From: a virus
Direction: 5' to 3' (one strand)
IMG/VR virus record: IMGVR_UViG_3300028610_002211
Coordinates: 1-64,000 of that record
Length of the DNA stretch: 64,000 nt
Shown: piece after piece, positions 29,402 through 40,922 of the stretch
How positions within the stretch are numbered: position 1 is the stretch's first letter
How the letters are laid out: the number at the start of each line of letters is the position of its first letter
Made by a program: the position numbers and the translations under genes
The notes under the pieces: generated by a model
Told to the model about the DNA's origin: nothing
Seen by the model: the letters and a program-made list of their open reading frames with translations, nothing else
Database searches by the model: none

Positions 29402-30926
29402 GAAAAAGAGAAAAAAACTTACTGCTAAAAAGCTTGAAATACGGCGCCAAAAACGTATGAAAGAAGAAGAAAAGGAACGCGCAAAGACGGCTGTTTATCA
29501 TAAATATCCTAATGGTAAGAACGTCCATGAGTGTATGGTTGGAGCTGGTTACGGTGGGGATGTTCGCGATTATATGGTTTTAGTTGGCAATCGTATGGTC
29601 GATTATAAAGGATCTTATGATATGGTTCTTGAAGGCGGCGGTAAAGTTGGCGTTGGTGATGACGAAATAAGGGTTATGCATAAAAAACGGTTGAAATATA
29701 TAATCGGCGAAACAGCCGCTTTGCGATTTTGGCATCCAACTTTTGGCAGATTGATTGATGTCAAACAAGGTACGAAACCGAAACCAAAAAAATAATGTTT
29801 GATCACAACAGAAAAAAACCTCCCATTCGTCCAGATTTGCCTTATATGTTGGTTAATGAATATGGTATGATGAAACGCGATATTAAAACAAGTCGATTAA
29901 CGATTTTTCGTCTTGGTATATGTCAACATTGTGGTGAAGATGTGATAAAAGGAAAGAAATTTTGTTCCCTTAAGTGTTTTAATGGTTATAACGAATTGCC
30001 AATCGTAGAGCGGTTAAGAAAAATATTGAAAAGAAAGAGGTGTTCAAAATGAGGGCGGGATTATTTTTTGAAGCGTTGGAAAGGCTTTTGGAGACAACGA
30101 TCGATATTGAAACGAAAGCCGGGGTTTTTAGAACTGCAAAAATAACCGGGTTTACACATAGTGAAATAACGTTTGGCCGATCAAAAGTCGAGCTAGTGCA
30201 AGAGATCGAGTTAAACGGCGATCCTTCAGATCGTATTCCTATAACCGAAATTGTAAGGATAGAAAAGGTCTAAAATGGTACACCCAAAACACCCTAAGTG
30301 TGAAAAGTGCGGCGGGACACTTTATAAAACAAGAGTGAAAGGACAAAGCACAAAATCGACTGATGAATGGCGTTGGTGTAGAAACCCGCGTTGTGAAAAT
30401 TTCACGATTGATGCATTGACCGGCGAAAAAGTTTACAATCTTGAAAAACAACAAAGAGAAGCGGTTGTAAAAACATCCTTTGTTGAAAGTCCGGTTGTAA
30501 AAAAGACAAGAGAAGAAGTGAAAAACAAGTTGAACGGTGAAGTGTCTTTAAGCTATACGCTTTTACTTGTTGTTGTTGCTCAAGAACTCGGTTATCACGA
30601 TTTGGGTGAAAAATTAATTGAACGTTTTGGACTCGACGAAATATACAACATACAAAAACGTTTAGATAGGTAGGGGGGGGTATATGTCGATTTGTACAGA
30701 ATGTTTAGTATTGCAGAAAAAACTTGCCGATTTGCAACTAAAGTATGATGAGCTTTTGATTAAACACGGCAAATTGATAACAAACTCGACTGAATTTTTG
30801 GAACAATATGCGGCGATTGAAAGACGGGAGCGAATTGGCTTGACTGACTCGGTTTTGAAGTCTTTTGATAGAAGCCCGATCACACTACGCACTACTTTCC
30901 CAGTGAAAGATGACGACGATGGATAA
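29388..30926 (+). CDS. Five small hypothetical genes (29388-29795, 29795-30052, 30049-30273, 30275-30673, 30684-30926)
   Basis: Tightly packed + ORFs; 30275-30673 is an HPKHPKC zinc-finger paralog. Confidence 0.6.
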
Positions 30927-31506
30927 AAAAACACTTAAAGTACTTATGTCAACCGGTAACGGTGAATATTCAACACCACAATGGTTGTTCGATTTGTTAA
31001 ACTCGATTTTTCATTTCGAGGTTGATCTTTGTGCGATAAAGGAAAACGCGAAATGTGAAAAATATTTTTCGTTATCGAAGAAAAGCGCTTTCAAAAAGAA
31101 GTGGAACAAAACGAGTTTTTGTAATCCTCCTTATAGTTTACCCCAAAACCCTTGTGTTGAGGATTGTGAAAAAGTGATTTGCGAAAAGCGCGGTTTCCAC
31201 CTCGATAAGTATTTGCCCGGGTTGATCGATTGGGTTGAGCGCGGTGTTAAACAGTCCAAAAAGCACGGTAGCATGATTGTTTTTCTTTTACCTGCCAGAA
31301 CAGAAACAGAATGGTTTGGGCTCGTTTGGAAACATGCAACGGCTATTTGTTTTATTGAAGGTAGGTTATCTTTTAACGAAAATGATAAAAATATGACGGT
31401 TGCTCCTTTTCCTAGCGCAATTGCTGTTTTTGGGCGACAATTGAAGCAAAAAGAGATTTTAAAACTTTCAAAATGTGGGCCAGTTGTTAACAGCTGGCAT
31501 ACGTAA
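30910..31506 (+). CDS. Phage DNA N6-adenine methyltransferase (Dam-like)
   Basis: STPQWLF, DLCA, CNPPYS, LLPARTETEWF, GRLSF, APFPS. Confidence 0.9.
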   Translation: MTTMDKKTLKVLMSTGNGEYSTPQWLFDLLNSIFHFEVDLCAIKENAKCEKYFSLSKKSAFKKKWNKTSFCNPPYSLPQNPCVEDCEKVICEKRGFHLDKYLPGLIDWVERGVKQSKKHGSMIVFLLPARTETEWFGLVWKHATAICFIEGRLSFNENDKNMTVAPFPSAIAVFGRQLKQKEILKLSKCGPVVNSWHT

Positions 31507-31519
31507 AGGAGTAAAAAAA

Positions 31520-32652
31520 ATGACAATCGAAATCAAAGCGGCGGTTCCGAATCTTGTAGAATTCAAGATTTTCGATGAAGCTTGGGGGATTCTCAACGAA
31601 AACCCAGGAATCGAAGAAAGTTCGGTCGTTGAGACGGTTGCTGTAAAATGGTTTAGAACAACGGAGCAAATTGACACGATCTTGACCAAGGTTTTGATCT
31701 ACAAAGAAGAGATCAACGGTGTTATGTTCAGAACTGCAAATATCAAGATCGTTGGTAAAGTAACACATTACGGATATGAGCCCACAAACGACACCGTAAC
31801 GGTTAAAGTTCGATACGGTAAAGGTGAATACACTTTGGCCGCTTCGCAGAAAGACAGTGATTTGTTAAGTCGTCACACCTTTAATAACCTGTTAATGGTC
31901 AAAACGTTGGTTGTTGGGTTTTATGATGAACAAGAAAACAGGATTGATGAACGGATTTTCAAAAAAGACCAATAATCAAAAAAAATCTTGACTTCTAAAT
32001 TAGTGTGGGTTAGTTTTGGTTTAAGATGAAAACGTGCAAAGTGAATAAATGCCCAAACCATGCTCCAAATTTAATTATTATTTGGAATGGTTTGAATGAA
32101 AATTGTCCACTTTGTGCGGCTTATAAAGCGAATAGGAGGCTTGCCAAAAGGGTTGAAAAACTGAAAACGGTGAAAGTGCAACTTTTAGAAAGATTTGAAA
32201 AACTTTTGCCAAACCTAAAAAAAAGAAACAAAAAACGAAAAAAGGATGATATACCTTTCTAGTTTTGAGTTTCAACAAACCAAAAGGAAACAGAGAAAAT
32301 GACAAAAGAAAAAGAAAAGAAACCACGGAAACCACAAGAAGTCAAACTTGCGAACCAAATCAAGAAAAAAGTCGGGTATAGCACAGACCCGCACACTTGC
32401 GAAAACTGCAAACTCCACACAGAAGATGTGCCAGAACTGTTCAAGGGTTTCGATCTCGCCTGCACAAAGTTCAAAGAATTGGTTATCTTCGGAGTTGACG
32501 AAGATGGTTCTTGCCAGGCGTGGATAAGGAGACCCAAACCGCGCACGGCAAAGGACGAAGAAACCACCAATTCCGAAGGATCGTCAAAGCCGCCGACATC
32601 GCCGACATCGCCGACACCGCTGAAAAAGAAACTACCTGGCAAAAAGAAGTAA
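31520..32652 (+). CDS. Three hypothetical genes (31520-31975, 32026-32262, 32299-32652)
   Basis: ORFs with SD or promoter; the last is Cys-rich (CxxC..C..C). Confidence 0.6.
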
Positions 32653-32704
32653 AACCCATCAAACAGCGGATATTCTAACCTTATACAAATAAAGGCGGAT
32701 TGAA

Positions 32705-33361
32705 ATGATTGGCAAACACAGGGGTGAAAAAGTTTTGGTTGTGCATGCTAACTTTTTGGATCAAATGGGCCTTAAAGAGGGTGTTAACGGATTGTCGTCA
32801 ACTGAGAAGTTGAAGGTGATATTTGATTTTGGTAACGCTTTCTTTTGTGATCGGGCTTTGGCTGAAAAAAACGAAAACCTAAAACAGATTATACCATACG
32901 CGATTTTTAAACACGATCACACGGTGTTTTCATATGTACGTGGCAAGGGCACCGATGAGAAGCGCTTGAAAGGTAATAGGTCAATTGGTATAGGTGGACA
33001 CATCAACCCGATTGATACAGTTGGCGTTGATGTAAGCCTCGATTTTAATGCTTATCGACGAGCGCTTACGCGGGAGATCAACGAAGAAGTCGAGTTTTTC
33101 GCGGTTGGCACTTACGATCAACCAAAGCCGATCGCTTTTATCAACGACAACACCAACCCGGTTGGGCGCGTTCATCTTGGTATTGTTCATCTTTGCGAAT
33201 TACCTTCGAAATGTGTCAGAAGAAAAGAAGAACAGATTTCCGAAAGTGGGTTTTTGCCGTTAACCGAACTTGATCGACACAGTGCAACCCAAACGGGCGG
33301 CGGAAAACGAGAACAACTTGAGTCGTGGTCACTGCTTTGTGTTGATTATCTCACCGGTTGA
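32705..33361 (+). CDS. NUDIX-like predicted phosphoesterase
   Basis: KQIIPY, E.RL...SIGIGGHIN, REINEEV, VG.VHLG, LESWS. Confidence 0.85.
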   Translation: MIGKHRGEKVLVVHANFLDQMGLKEGVNGLSSTEKLKVIFDFGNAFFCDRALAEKNENLKQIIPYAIFKHDHTVFSYVRGKGTDEKRLKGNRSIGIGGHINPIDTVGVDVSLDFNAYRRALTREINEEVEFFAVGTYDQPKPIAFINDNTNPVGRVHLGIVHLCELPSKCVRRKEEQISESGFLPLTELDRHSATQTGGGKREQLESWSLLCVDYLTG

Positions 33362-33532
33362 TCTTGGAAGGTTTCGCCCTAGTACTTGCCTTTTGTCTTT
33401 TTGCGTTTAACGTCTGTTGCACAATTTTAAAACTACAGAACAAAGAATATGTCAATTCGCTAGTCTTACTTGTGTTTGGTTGGTTGTTGTTTTTTGCTTT
33501 TTTTGTTTTAACAAAAAGGAGAAAGATCAAAA

Positions 33533-34366
33533 ATGAATAATATATCAATTTTTGACGATATACCGGGGCGCCATAAAAGGGATGACAAAAAAGGAAAAGA
33601 GCCGGTTGAAGACATTGGCGAAGTCTTCAAAGAGCCGATAAGGCACAAAACGTATGCAAAGCTTTTGCATCATACGCCGATTTGGATTTTGCCCCATGCG
33701 ATCCGAAAGTGTACAAGTACGGTTGAAAAAAGAGATACAAGTGATGATGCCAAAGATTTTGGCCCGAAAGACAAACGCATGATCGCAAAGAGGTGTTTGA
33801 AGCTTGGGCGTCCGTTTGATCCACTTGATCCACCTCATGAGAGTGTTTTAGAACACATCAGTTATACTTTTGAGATGTTTTTTTCGCGCACTGTTTTACA
33901 AGAACTGTCTAGGACAAGGATCGGAATTTCGCTCAGTATAGAATCAACAAGGGCCGCGTTGAAAAAACTACTCGAAGGGCTTGGTCCCGAAGATTTAGAC
34001 AAAATTAAAATGTTGATTCATAATACGGGCGATGACGAAATTGACACCGAAGCGGCTAGACAAATTTCAAATGTTGCAGGATACAAAGAGCGCGAAGTTA
34101 AAAACGACGTTGCTAAATATGGCTTGCCTGAGTGTTTTATGACAACGGGCGTTGTCACGATGAATATCAGAAGTCTTCGACACTTGTTCGCACTGCGCAC
34201 AAGTCCTCGGGCGCTCGAAGAATATCAACAGCTTTGTTTTTCAATGGCCGCTTGTATCCCAGAAACTCACCGCTTTCTGTTTCAGGATAGGATCCACTTT
34301 GGCGCGGCTCCACAGGCATTTCTGGACGTTTGGCCAGATCCAAAGGTAGATTGGTTTGACGAATAA
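33533..34366 (+). CDS. thyX: Flavin-dependent thymidylate synthase
   Basis: HESVLEH, SR.VLQELSR.R..S.S.ESTR, Y.LPE, MNIRSL.H..LR. Confidence 0.92.
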   Translation: MNNISIFDDIPGRHKRDDKKGKEPVEDIGEVFKEPIRHKTYAKLLHHTPIWILPHAIRKCTSTVEKRDTSDDAKDFGPKDKRMIAKRCLKLGRPFDPLDPPHESVLEHISYTFEMFFSRTVLQELSRTRIGISLSIESTRAALKKLLEGLGPEDLDKIKMLIHNTGDDEIDTEAARQISNVAGYKEREVKNDVAKYGLPECFMTTGVVTMNIRSLRHLFALRTSPRALEEYQQLCFSMAACIPETHRFLFQDRIHFGAAPQAFLDVWPDPKVDWFDE

Positions 34367-34499
34367 AAGCGACCGTTCAGAGCCGTTCTGGCCCCTTTCA
34401 GAGCAAAATTTATTTTTCAGGCAATCGTAGGTTATCACGGCTTCACTTGGTACGATTTTGGTTGAAGCTTGGCAATTTCTCTGTTTTTGCTTCTCTGGG

Positions 34500-34531
34500 C
34501 TCGGTCGTTTAACGGCGACCGAGTTTTTTTT
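34500..34531 (+). terminator. Intrinsic terminator ending the replication/nucleotide module
   Basis: CTCGGTCGTT-TAAC-GGCGACCGAG followed by T8. Confidence 0.85.
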
Positions 34532-34561
34532 ACTTTTTCTTGCGAATGGTCGTTTTTTTTG

Positions 34562-34631
34562 TTGACAACTGAATTAGAATGATTAAGCTTATAGTATGAG
34601 CAGCGCAACACACAAAGGAGAAAACAAAATG
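34562..34631 (+). promoter_or_regulatory. Promoter-leader cassette, copy 1
   Basis: TTGACAACTGAATTA..TAAGCT TATAGT ATG..AGCGCAACACACAAAGGAG..ATG. Confidence 0.85.
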
Positions 34632-35450
34632 AACGCCAAAGACAGAAATTTCGCAGAAATCACGGACAAAATCATTGCCAAACTCGAAGAAGGTACGGTG
34701 CCTTGGCATTGCCCTTGGGGAATGGCCGTTAACTTGAAATCGGGTAAGTCATATACAGGGATCAATAGCTTGGTGCTCGGTATGGCCGGTCATGAGTCCA
34801 AATTCTGGGGGACTTACAACCAAATCAAAGCGTTAGGCGGATACGTCAAAAAGGGCTCGAAGGCCCAAACAATCATTTATTGGGGTTGGGTCGAAAAAGA
34901 AGAAATTGACGAAGAGACCGGCGAAAAAGAAGTGGTTCGCCGCTTCCCAATTCTCAAAACGTTCAAGGTTTTCAACTTCGAGCAAACCGCTAATTTGACT
35001 GAGCCCAAAGTTGACACTGAAATAGTTAATGTTGATTCGATTGTAGACGGTTATGAACACTGCCCGGTCATCAATTACGGTGGTGAAAAAGCTTATTACA
35101 GACCGTCTACCGATTCGATCGGCATGCCACCGCGCGGCAATTTCGATAGTGACGCGGAACACGCTTCGACGTTGTTTCACGAGATGGTACACAGCACCGG
35201 TCACGAAAGCCGCTTGAATCGTGACGGGCTCAAAAACATCAACTTTGGCTCACAGAATTACAGCCAAGAAGAATTGGTAGCCGAACTGGGCGCAGCGTTT
35301 CTTTGTAACCAGGTTGGGATCGTTGAGCGTACGATCGACAATAGCGCAAACTACATTGCCGGTTGGCTGAGAACCCTGAAAAATGACAAAAAGATGATTG
35401 TTTTCGCCGCTGCACAAGCCCAAAAAGCCGCCGATCAGATTCTTGGTTAA
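34629..35450 (+). CDS. ardC: ArdC-like antirestriction / ssDNA-binding protein (in-frame upstream ATG at 34596)
   Basis: ITDKII..LEEG.VPW..PW, Y.GIN, VFN.EQ, AYYRPS.D.I.MP, FHEMVH.TGH, YS.EELVAELGA. Confidence 0.9.
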   Translation: MNAKDRNFAEITDKIIAKLEEGTVPWHCPWGMAVNLKSGKSYTGINSLVLGMAGHESKFWGTYNQIKALGGYVKKGSKAQTIIYWGWVEKEEIDEETGEKEVVRRFPILKTFKVFNFEQTANLTEPKVDTEIVNVDSIVDGYEHCPVINYGGEKAYYRPSTDSIGMPPRGNFDSDAEHASTLFHEMVHSTGHESRLNRDGLKNINFGSQNYSQEELVAELGAAFLCNQVGIVERTIDNSANYIAGWLRTLKNDKKMIVFAAAQAQKAADQILG

Positions 35451-35465
35451 TTCTCGCCTTTTTTG

Positions 35466-35494
35466 TTGACTTCTGAATTCAACCCCCTTAAAAT
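35466..35494 (+). promoter_or_regulatory. Promoter carrying the GAATT box
   Basis: TTGACT-17-TAAAAT. Confidence 0.7.
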
Positions 35495-35521
35495 CAAACT
35501 GTCTGACACAACAAAGGAGTA

Positions 35522-36726
35522 ATGATGATTGTCAACATTCAACTGAAAAAAGTGTTTCGGGTCGAAAGAGACGTTTCAACGAAAGAGGGCGATCCTATTT
35601 TAGAGTTTGCTTTCGAAAATGGTTACGAAATGAGGTTGCCGATCGAACATGTTGATTTTGTCGGTATCAACTTTGAAACCGATGACGACGAAGAAAAAAC
35701 TTCAGAACAAACAATAAAAGAGGTTGATGCATAGTGACTAGTGAGCAGAATACAGACACAGACCGTCTAATAAAGCGCTGTGCCTCTTTGATTGAAGAAA
35801 ACAAGGTGTTGGCCCAACGAAGAAAAGAAGCGCTTAGAAGCCATTTAGACGAACGCACAATAAACCTTAAATTAAGAGAGTCTATGATCCGAGCCGGTCA
35901 ACTTTTGGGTGAACGGTTTGGTTCTTGCCCTCTTGACGTTTTTGAATGGAGTCACCCGAACACTTGCGATCGTCAATGTGGAAAAGACGGCGGAATTGAA
36001 AAAGGCGGCGTTTGTATCGGTTACGGTGTAGACAGAAAAACGGCGACGGATCAACAGATTGAAGTTTGTTGGAACCTCTACTTGATCGAATATGGCAAAA
36101 AGGCATATGTAAAAAAAATGAAAGGTTGATCCGAATGAAAAAGCTATTTTCAGAAGAAAGAAAAGCTGGATTCAACTCTGTTTTTGAAAGTGTTGAAAAA
36201 GGCGGTGTTTGTATCGGTTGCGGCGCAGACAGAAAAACGGCGCTCGAAGCCGCATTGAAAAACACTAACGAAGAATTACAATACTTGACAGAATTGAAAG
36301 AACAATTAACGATAGCGGCCGGTAAAAAACGGCGCGTTGTCAAAGAAATGAGCCGAAAACTGAGCCAAAAACGAAAGCGAACCGCTATAAATCAAATTGT
36401 TACTTTAATGGATAGCGAAAGAGTAAAAGAATAACCAAACCCGATCGGCAAAACTGTTTATCAAGGGGTGAAAAATGGCAATCGAAATCAAAGTAACTCG
36501 GATTATCTATAAAGCCAAACAAGGCAAAAATTGTTACACAATTGAAGAAAAAAAACACAAAAATAAAAGTGTTTTTTATATTGGTGAATACGGCTGTAAC
36601 TGTATTAGAGTACCCAACACGATTACAACGCCGGAAGAAGCGGTTTTGTGGTTCAAGATCATTTTAAGAAAGCGAAACACGATTGTAACGATCGAAGAAT
36701 TGGAGCTGTTAGGGGTTAGAACATGA
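35522..36726 (+). CDS. Four small hypothetical genes (35522-35734, 35734-36129, 36135-36434, 36475-36726)
   Basis: Packed + ORFs. Confidence 0.6.
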
Positions 36727-37250
36727 GTGATTTTGTGTGTCGACGTTGCGGTGATTGTTGTAGCGCTTTCGAGTTGTCCACGGTGAAAGATAAAGAAGCA
36801 GAACGCCTTGACCCTACAAAGCTCTGCAAACCGTCTGTAGGCTCTGATAGACAGATCATAAAGCTAGCCCGGGACTGGTTGTCCGAGTGGTTCAGAGACG
36901 GTGTCTGCTCATTCTATGACCAAAATGAAGGGTGTACAGTCTACAACGATCGGCCAAACCTTTGTAAAAGGTTTGAATGTGGTGGAAAATTCTTTATCGG
37001 GTTGGTTACTGCGGTATCGGGCGGGATTTATCACGATCGGCGACTCAAACCCGAAAGGAAAAAAGAGCTGTTTCTTGAATTCTTAAAAGATCGATATGAG
37101 TTTAAAAACCCGCTGATTGTTGAACCATGTCACTATTGCCTAAAACAGGCCAGACCGTGTCATATTGTTTATGAGGGGAAACACTATTGTTCTATTGATT
37201 GTCACTATCGTGAAAATTTTCCCGAAAAAGGGGGCGAAGATGGCAACTAG
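36723..37250 (+). CDS. YkgJ-like Cys-cluster (Fe-S/Zn) protein
   Basis: C.RCGDCC...C.FYD....C.VY.DRP..C..F.C. Confidence 0.8.
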   Translation: MSDFVCRRCGDCCSAFELSTVKDKEAERLDPTKLCKPSVGSDRQIIKLARDWLSEWFRDGVCSFYDQNEGCTVYNDRPNLCKRFECGGKFFIGLVTAVSGGIYHDRRLKPERKKELFLEFLKDRYEFKNPLIVEPCHYCLKQARPCHIVYEGKHYCSIDCHYRENFPEKGGEDGN

Positions 37251-37872
37251 GCGTGAAAAATACGACGCATATATAAAATGGAAAAGTGGCGATGAAAGGA
37301 TCAAGGTTTTAGCCGAAGAACTTGGGATGAGAAAAGTTACTTTAAAGGACTTTTTCAAAAGGGTTTCTTCCAAAGACAAACCTGGTTTTGAAGAATACCT
37401 TCAAAAATGGCTAGATTTCGAAGTTGGAACCGAAAACAGCCCAGATGCTATTAGAGAAGTTGTTTTGCGTCTTATACATAGGGATGAAAACGATATTAAA
37501 GAAACAACGTTACTACTCAATAAGTTGAAAATGCAAGCCATTGTCAAAATAGCAAAAATGATTGGTGTTAGTAAGTACGGCAAAAAAATAAAATTGATCA
37601 AAAGAATTCTAAAAGCAGACGGCTTTTACCATTTTATTTTGGAGGAAAAAATGTGCGAAGAAGTAAAAGAAGAAGTAAAAAAAGAAATGAAAAAACCATC
37701 GATTTCTTTATCTGTTGAAATTGACAGGTTAGAAATCGGCGAAGTGATATTGATAAATAGAACCAAACATGTCTGTATTGAAAAAGACGATTTGAATTAT
37801 AAATATAAATTGGTCAAATTGATACCACAAAAACGGCAAAAAAAAATAAAGAGGAAGGCAGCACTTAAATGA
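37240..37872 (+). CDS. Nucleic-acid-binding protein (HTH plus Rho-N/HeH-like motif)
   Basis: LAEELGMRKVTL; L.KLK...IVKIAK.IG.S.YGKK..LI.RIL. Confidence 0.45.
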   Translation: MATRREKYDAYIKWKSGDERIKVLAEELGMRKVTLKDFFKRVSSKDKPGFEEYLQKWLDFEVGTENSPDAIREVVLRLIHRDENDIKETTLLLNKLKMQAIVKIAKMIGVSKYGKKIKLIKRILKADGFYHFILEEKMCEEVKEEVKKEMKKPSISLSVEIDRLEIGEVILINRTKHVCIEKDDLNYKYKLVKLIPQKRQKKIKRKAALK

Positions 37873-40143
37873 GCGGGGAGGGTAAAACCTACAAAGCGTT
37901 GTTCGACAATGTTGTATATTTGAGCAAGGTTAATGTGTCAATTGCACATATCGAAAGGCTTTGCGCGATTCTTGATAAGCAAGACGAAGAATTTCAGCAT
38001 TTGAAAAAACAGATTGGCGAGTTAGAAACGCGTATTGAAAGAATGGAGAAAAGTTTTGGTGGCGAATCGGTAAAAAAGCGGTATTGTTTTGAAAATGGCG
38101 TTAGTAGGAGATAGGTAAATGACCTATAAAATAATTTGGAGAAATGAAGCGGATAGATATTCGAGCCAAAGCGCCTTTTTGGCCGAAGTTGTTGGAATAG
38201 ATTGTTACATCTTTCAGATTGCGCCTTATGACGAGCGCAAGCGCAAGCGGTTAAGTCACTATTTCGATTTAGAGGCTTTAAAGGCATTACAGACCAAACT
38301 GAACAAGTATTTAAAGGAATAAGGGGAATGAAAAAGACAATTATCATTGTTGACGATCCATTAGAAGATACAGACCAAGACGACTTTAAAAAACGGCGCG
38401 AAGCGCTCAAAGATTGGTTCAGAAAACCAAATTGCCTGCCACTACCATCACCATATCACAGCAGGGATTTGGTACTTCAACATACCAAATACTGTGTATT
38501 CCACAAAGATACACAGCTCAATGGGGACGGGTTGTGTTCGGACTGCTTAGGAATGGTTAAAAAACGTACAAAGAAAAAAAGATGAAAGTAAGAAGAATTA
38601 AACCAAAAAAGGGCCAAGTGCTTTGGTTGTGCTCAGTCTTTGATGGGAAGATTGAGTTTGAAGAGTGGATCGTTAGGTCGATTCAAAACAGAACATTTAA
38701 ACCTATGATTCTTCGATTGCTTGGCGCACCTCGAAAAGCCGTTGTCGTTTATCTTGTTCGCAAGGTGAAAAACGACACTTGGATTAAAATCTCAAAAAAG
38801 CATTTTGATTGGGGTTGGTCCAAAAACATACCATCGATTTATCGGTTAGAATTCTATTTGAATGAAGACGGGACAATCGATGGTTGGCACTTGCCATACA
38901 CAACCCGGTTGCAAGCGGCCCGAGCTTGTCTCAAGTTTGAAAAAGAGATGTTGACCGAACACGAAAAACACCTTGAACACGCTTTGACGGCCGAAGAAAC
39001 CGCCGAAATAGAAGAAGACATAGCAGATTATAGGAAAGGGGTAACAGCGGCAAAAAGGGCGATTACTTGCGAACAAAAAAAGGATAAAAAATGAGAAAAC
39101 TGTCGCTATGGTTAGAGCGCTTTTACGACAAACGAGGGAGAATTCTTTACGGCCTACAACTTTTGACTAATTGCGGTTCTGTCAATCATTGTATCGGTGA
39201 TTTTAATGAAAAGGTGTGTCTGACACGGCTCAGAGCTGAGATATTGCGCGGTGACCACAGGGTGACACCCAAAGAGGCGGATACCGTTCTAAGGGCGCTC
39301 AACGAGCGCTTAAAGGTACCATATAACGAGAGTGACGCCGGTTATAGTGGTTTGGTTAAACCTTGCGGAGTTGAGACCCAAATTTTGCGTTTGGTGGTAA
39401 GATACGAATACAATTGTTGACGAATTTAAAATAATAATTGGTGGTAAAACAATTTTTCATTAAAAGGGATAAAAAACAATGGAAAAAACAACGGAAGAAA
39501 CAAAAGTAAAAAGACTCAGAAACGGGCAAACGGCTTTTATTGTTTGGCCAGATCTTAATATAAGAGACATTTATAAACACAAATACGATTTTGGCGTAGA
39601 ATTCGAAATTATTGAAGTCAAAATCTATTCAAGGGATCTTAAGTTTAACGATAGTTGGGTTAGAGATTATTATTTTTATTCCTATAAAATCTGTTTTGCG
39701 CGGAAAGAAGACGCGGATCGTTTAATGCCAAATAGGGATGGTGATCCGAATTGGGATCGACCATATGAGTATAACGAACCGTCAATCGGTGAAACACCCG
39801 AAGAAGCGATAAAAAACGCTTGTGCTGAAATCGAGCCGATGGTTTCGGGTTATGCAAGTATGTTTAGGCGATTACAACGAATTTCGTGGTAAAAATGTCA
39901 TTCATAATACAAGAAAATAGGGTTTGGGAAGTAACGGACCAAGACGGTAGAAAATACATATTGAAGAAGGCGCCTGATGGGTTGTTTATAGTCGGTCAAA
40001 TGTTGGAATACGAAACAGACGAGCTCGTTGCCCAAGTCGTAAAAACTCGAAAAGCGCCGATTTGGATAAAGACACCAACAGAAGCGGTTTGCTGGTATCA
40101 AACCAAGGTTGAGGGAACACCCAAAGGAGAAAAAACAAAATGA
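37869..40143 (+). CDS. Run of small hypothetical genes (37869, 38119, 38328, 38582, 39091, 39479, 39895)
   Basis: Packed + ORFs. 39479 resembles 42323 (W.RP/KP.EY..P) and 39895 resembles 36475 (I.TP.EAV.W). Confidence 0.6.
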
Positions 40144-40796
40144 CGAATTTCGAAGAATTGTATCAAGAAATGATGGCTTTCGAAACAGAAGAAGAATGTC
40201 GCAAATTCTTATCGACTTGGGAAAAAGACCAATTGGTAGAATTTGCTAAACACCTTCAAGTTTATTACTATAGTTCTAAAAAAGGCTTGATTTTTGACAT
40301 TGTGGGCGCAACCAAAGGCGCCGAAATCAGATCGAGGATTATCAGCGATGAAGACACCATAAAACCACTAAAATTAAAAGAAGAAAGCTACATCACACTG
40401 AGGGAAGGCGCAAGGGCGTTCTATCAATTGATTGAGGATACCGTGCCAAGCTCCCCAGAACGGACTGAGGCGCTTAAAAAGGTTGAAGAGGCGTTGATGT
40501 GGGCAAATACGGCTTTGTCGCGTTATATGGCCTTACAGTCGAGCCCGGGACGGTCTATGAAAAGAAATGAAGAGCTGTTTTTAGACTATAGAGGGGAAAC
40601 CGGGCTCGATTGGCGCAATTTCACATTGAATCCCCTGGCCAAAACGCAACCAAAACAAGTTTGTCTAGGTTGTAAAAAACACCCTTGCGAATGTAAATTT
40701 TCAAATCGCATATGGGATGAAAAACATTGCACGTGTGGATCGTTGCGTATCGGGATTAATGCTGAATGTCCAAACGAAGATTGTGATCAAAGATGA
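40140..40796 (+). CDS. Mosaic protein: HeH-like N-terminus, Acb2/Tad1-like hairpin, Cys-rich C-terminus
   Basis: PSSPERTEALKKVEEALMWANTALSR matches 42799..43047. Confidence 0.55.
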   Translation: MTNFEELYQEMMAFETEEECRKFLSTWEKDQLVEFAKHLQVYYYSSKKGLIFDIVGATKGAEIRSRIISDEDTIKPLKLKEESYITLREGARAFYQLIEDTVPSSPERTEALKKVEEALMWANTALSRYMALQSSPGRSMKRNEELFLDYRGETGLDWRNFTLNPLAKTQPKQVCLGCKKHPCECKFSNRIWDEKHCTCGSLRIGINAECPNEDCDQR

Positions 40797-40922
40797 AGCC
40801 GAGCACGATACCAACCATTTTGAAGGCGTTGGCGGACAAGAAACAAGGTCCAATAGTTGCTGGTTACTTGATCGTGCTGATTATTGTTGTTTTTATCGAA
40901 CTTAGACGAAAAAAGGCGAAAA

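Noticed and set aside
12038-34366. Known thymidine hypermodification pathway (flavin lyase + GNAT + radical SAM, as in PaMx11/M6-type phages)
   Set aside because: No dUMP hydroxymethylase, 5-hmU DNA kinase or amino acid:DNA transferase was recognised; ThyX and Tmk point to ordinary dTTP synthesis.
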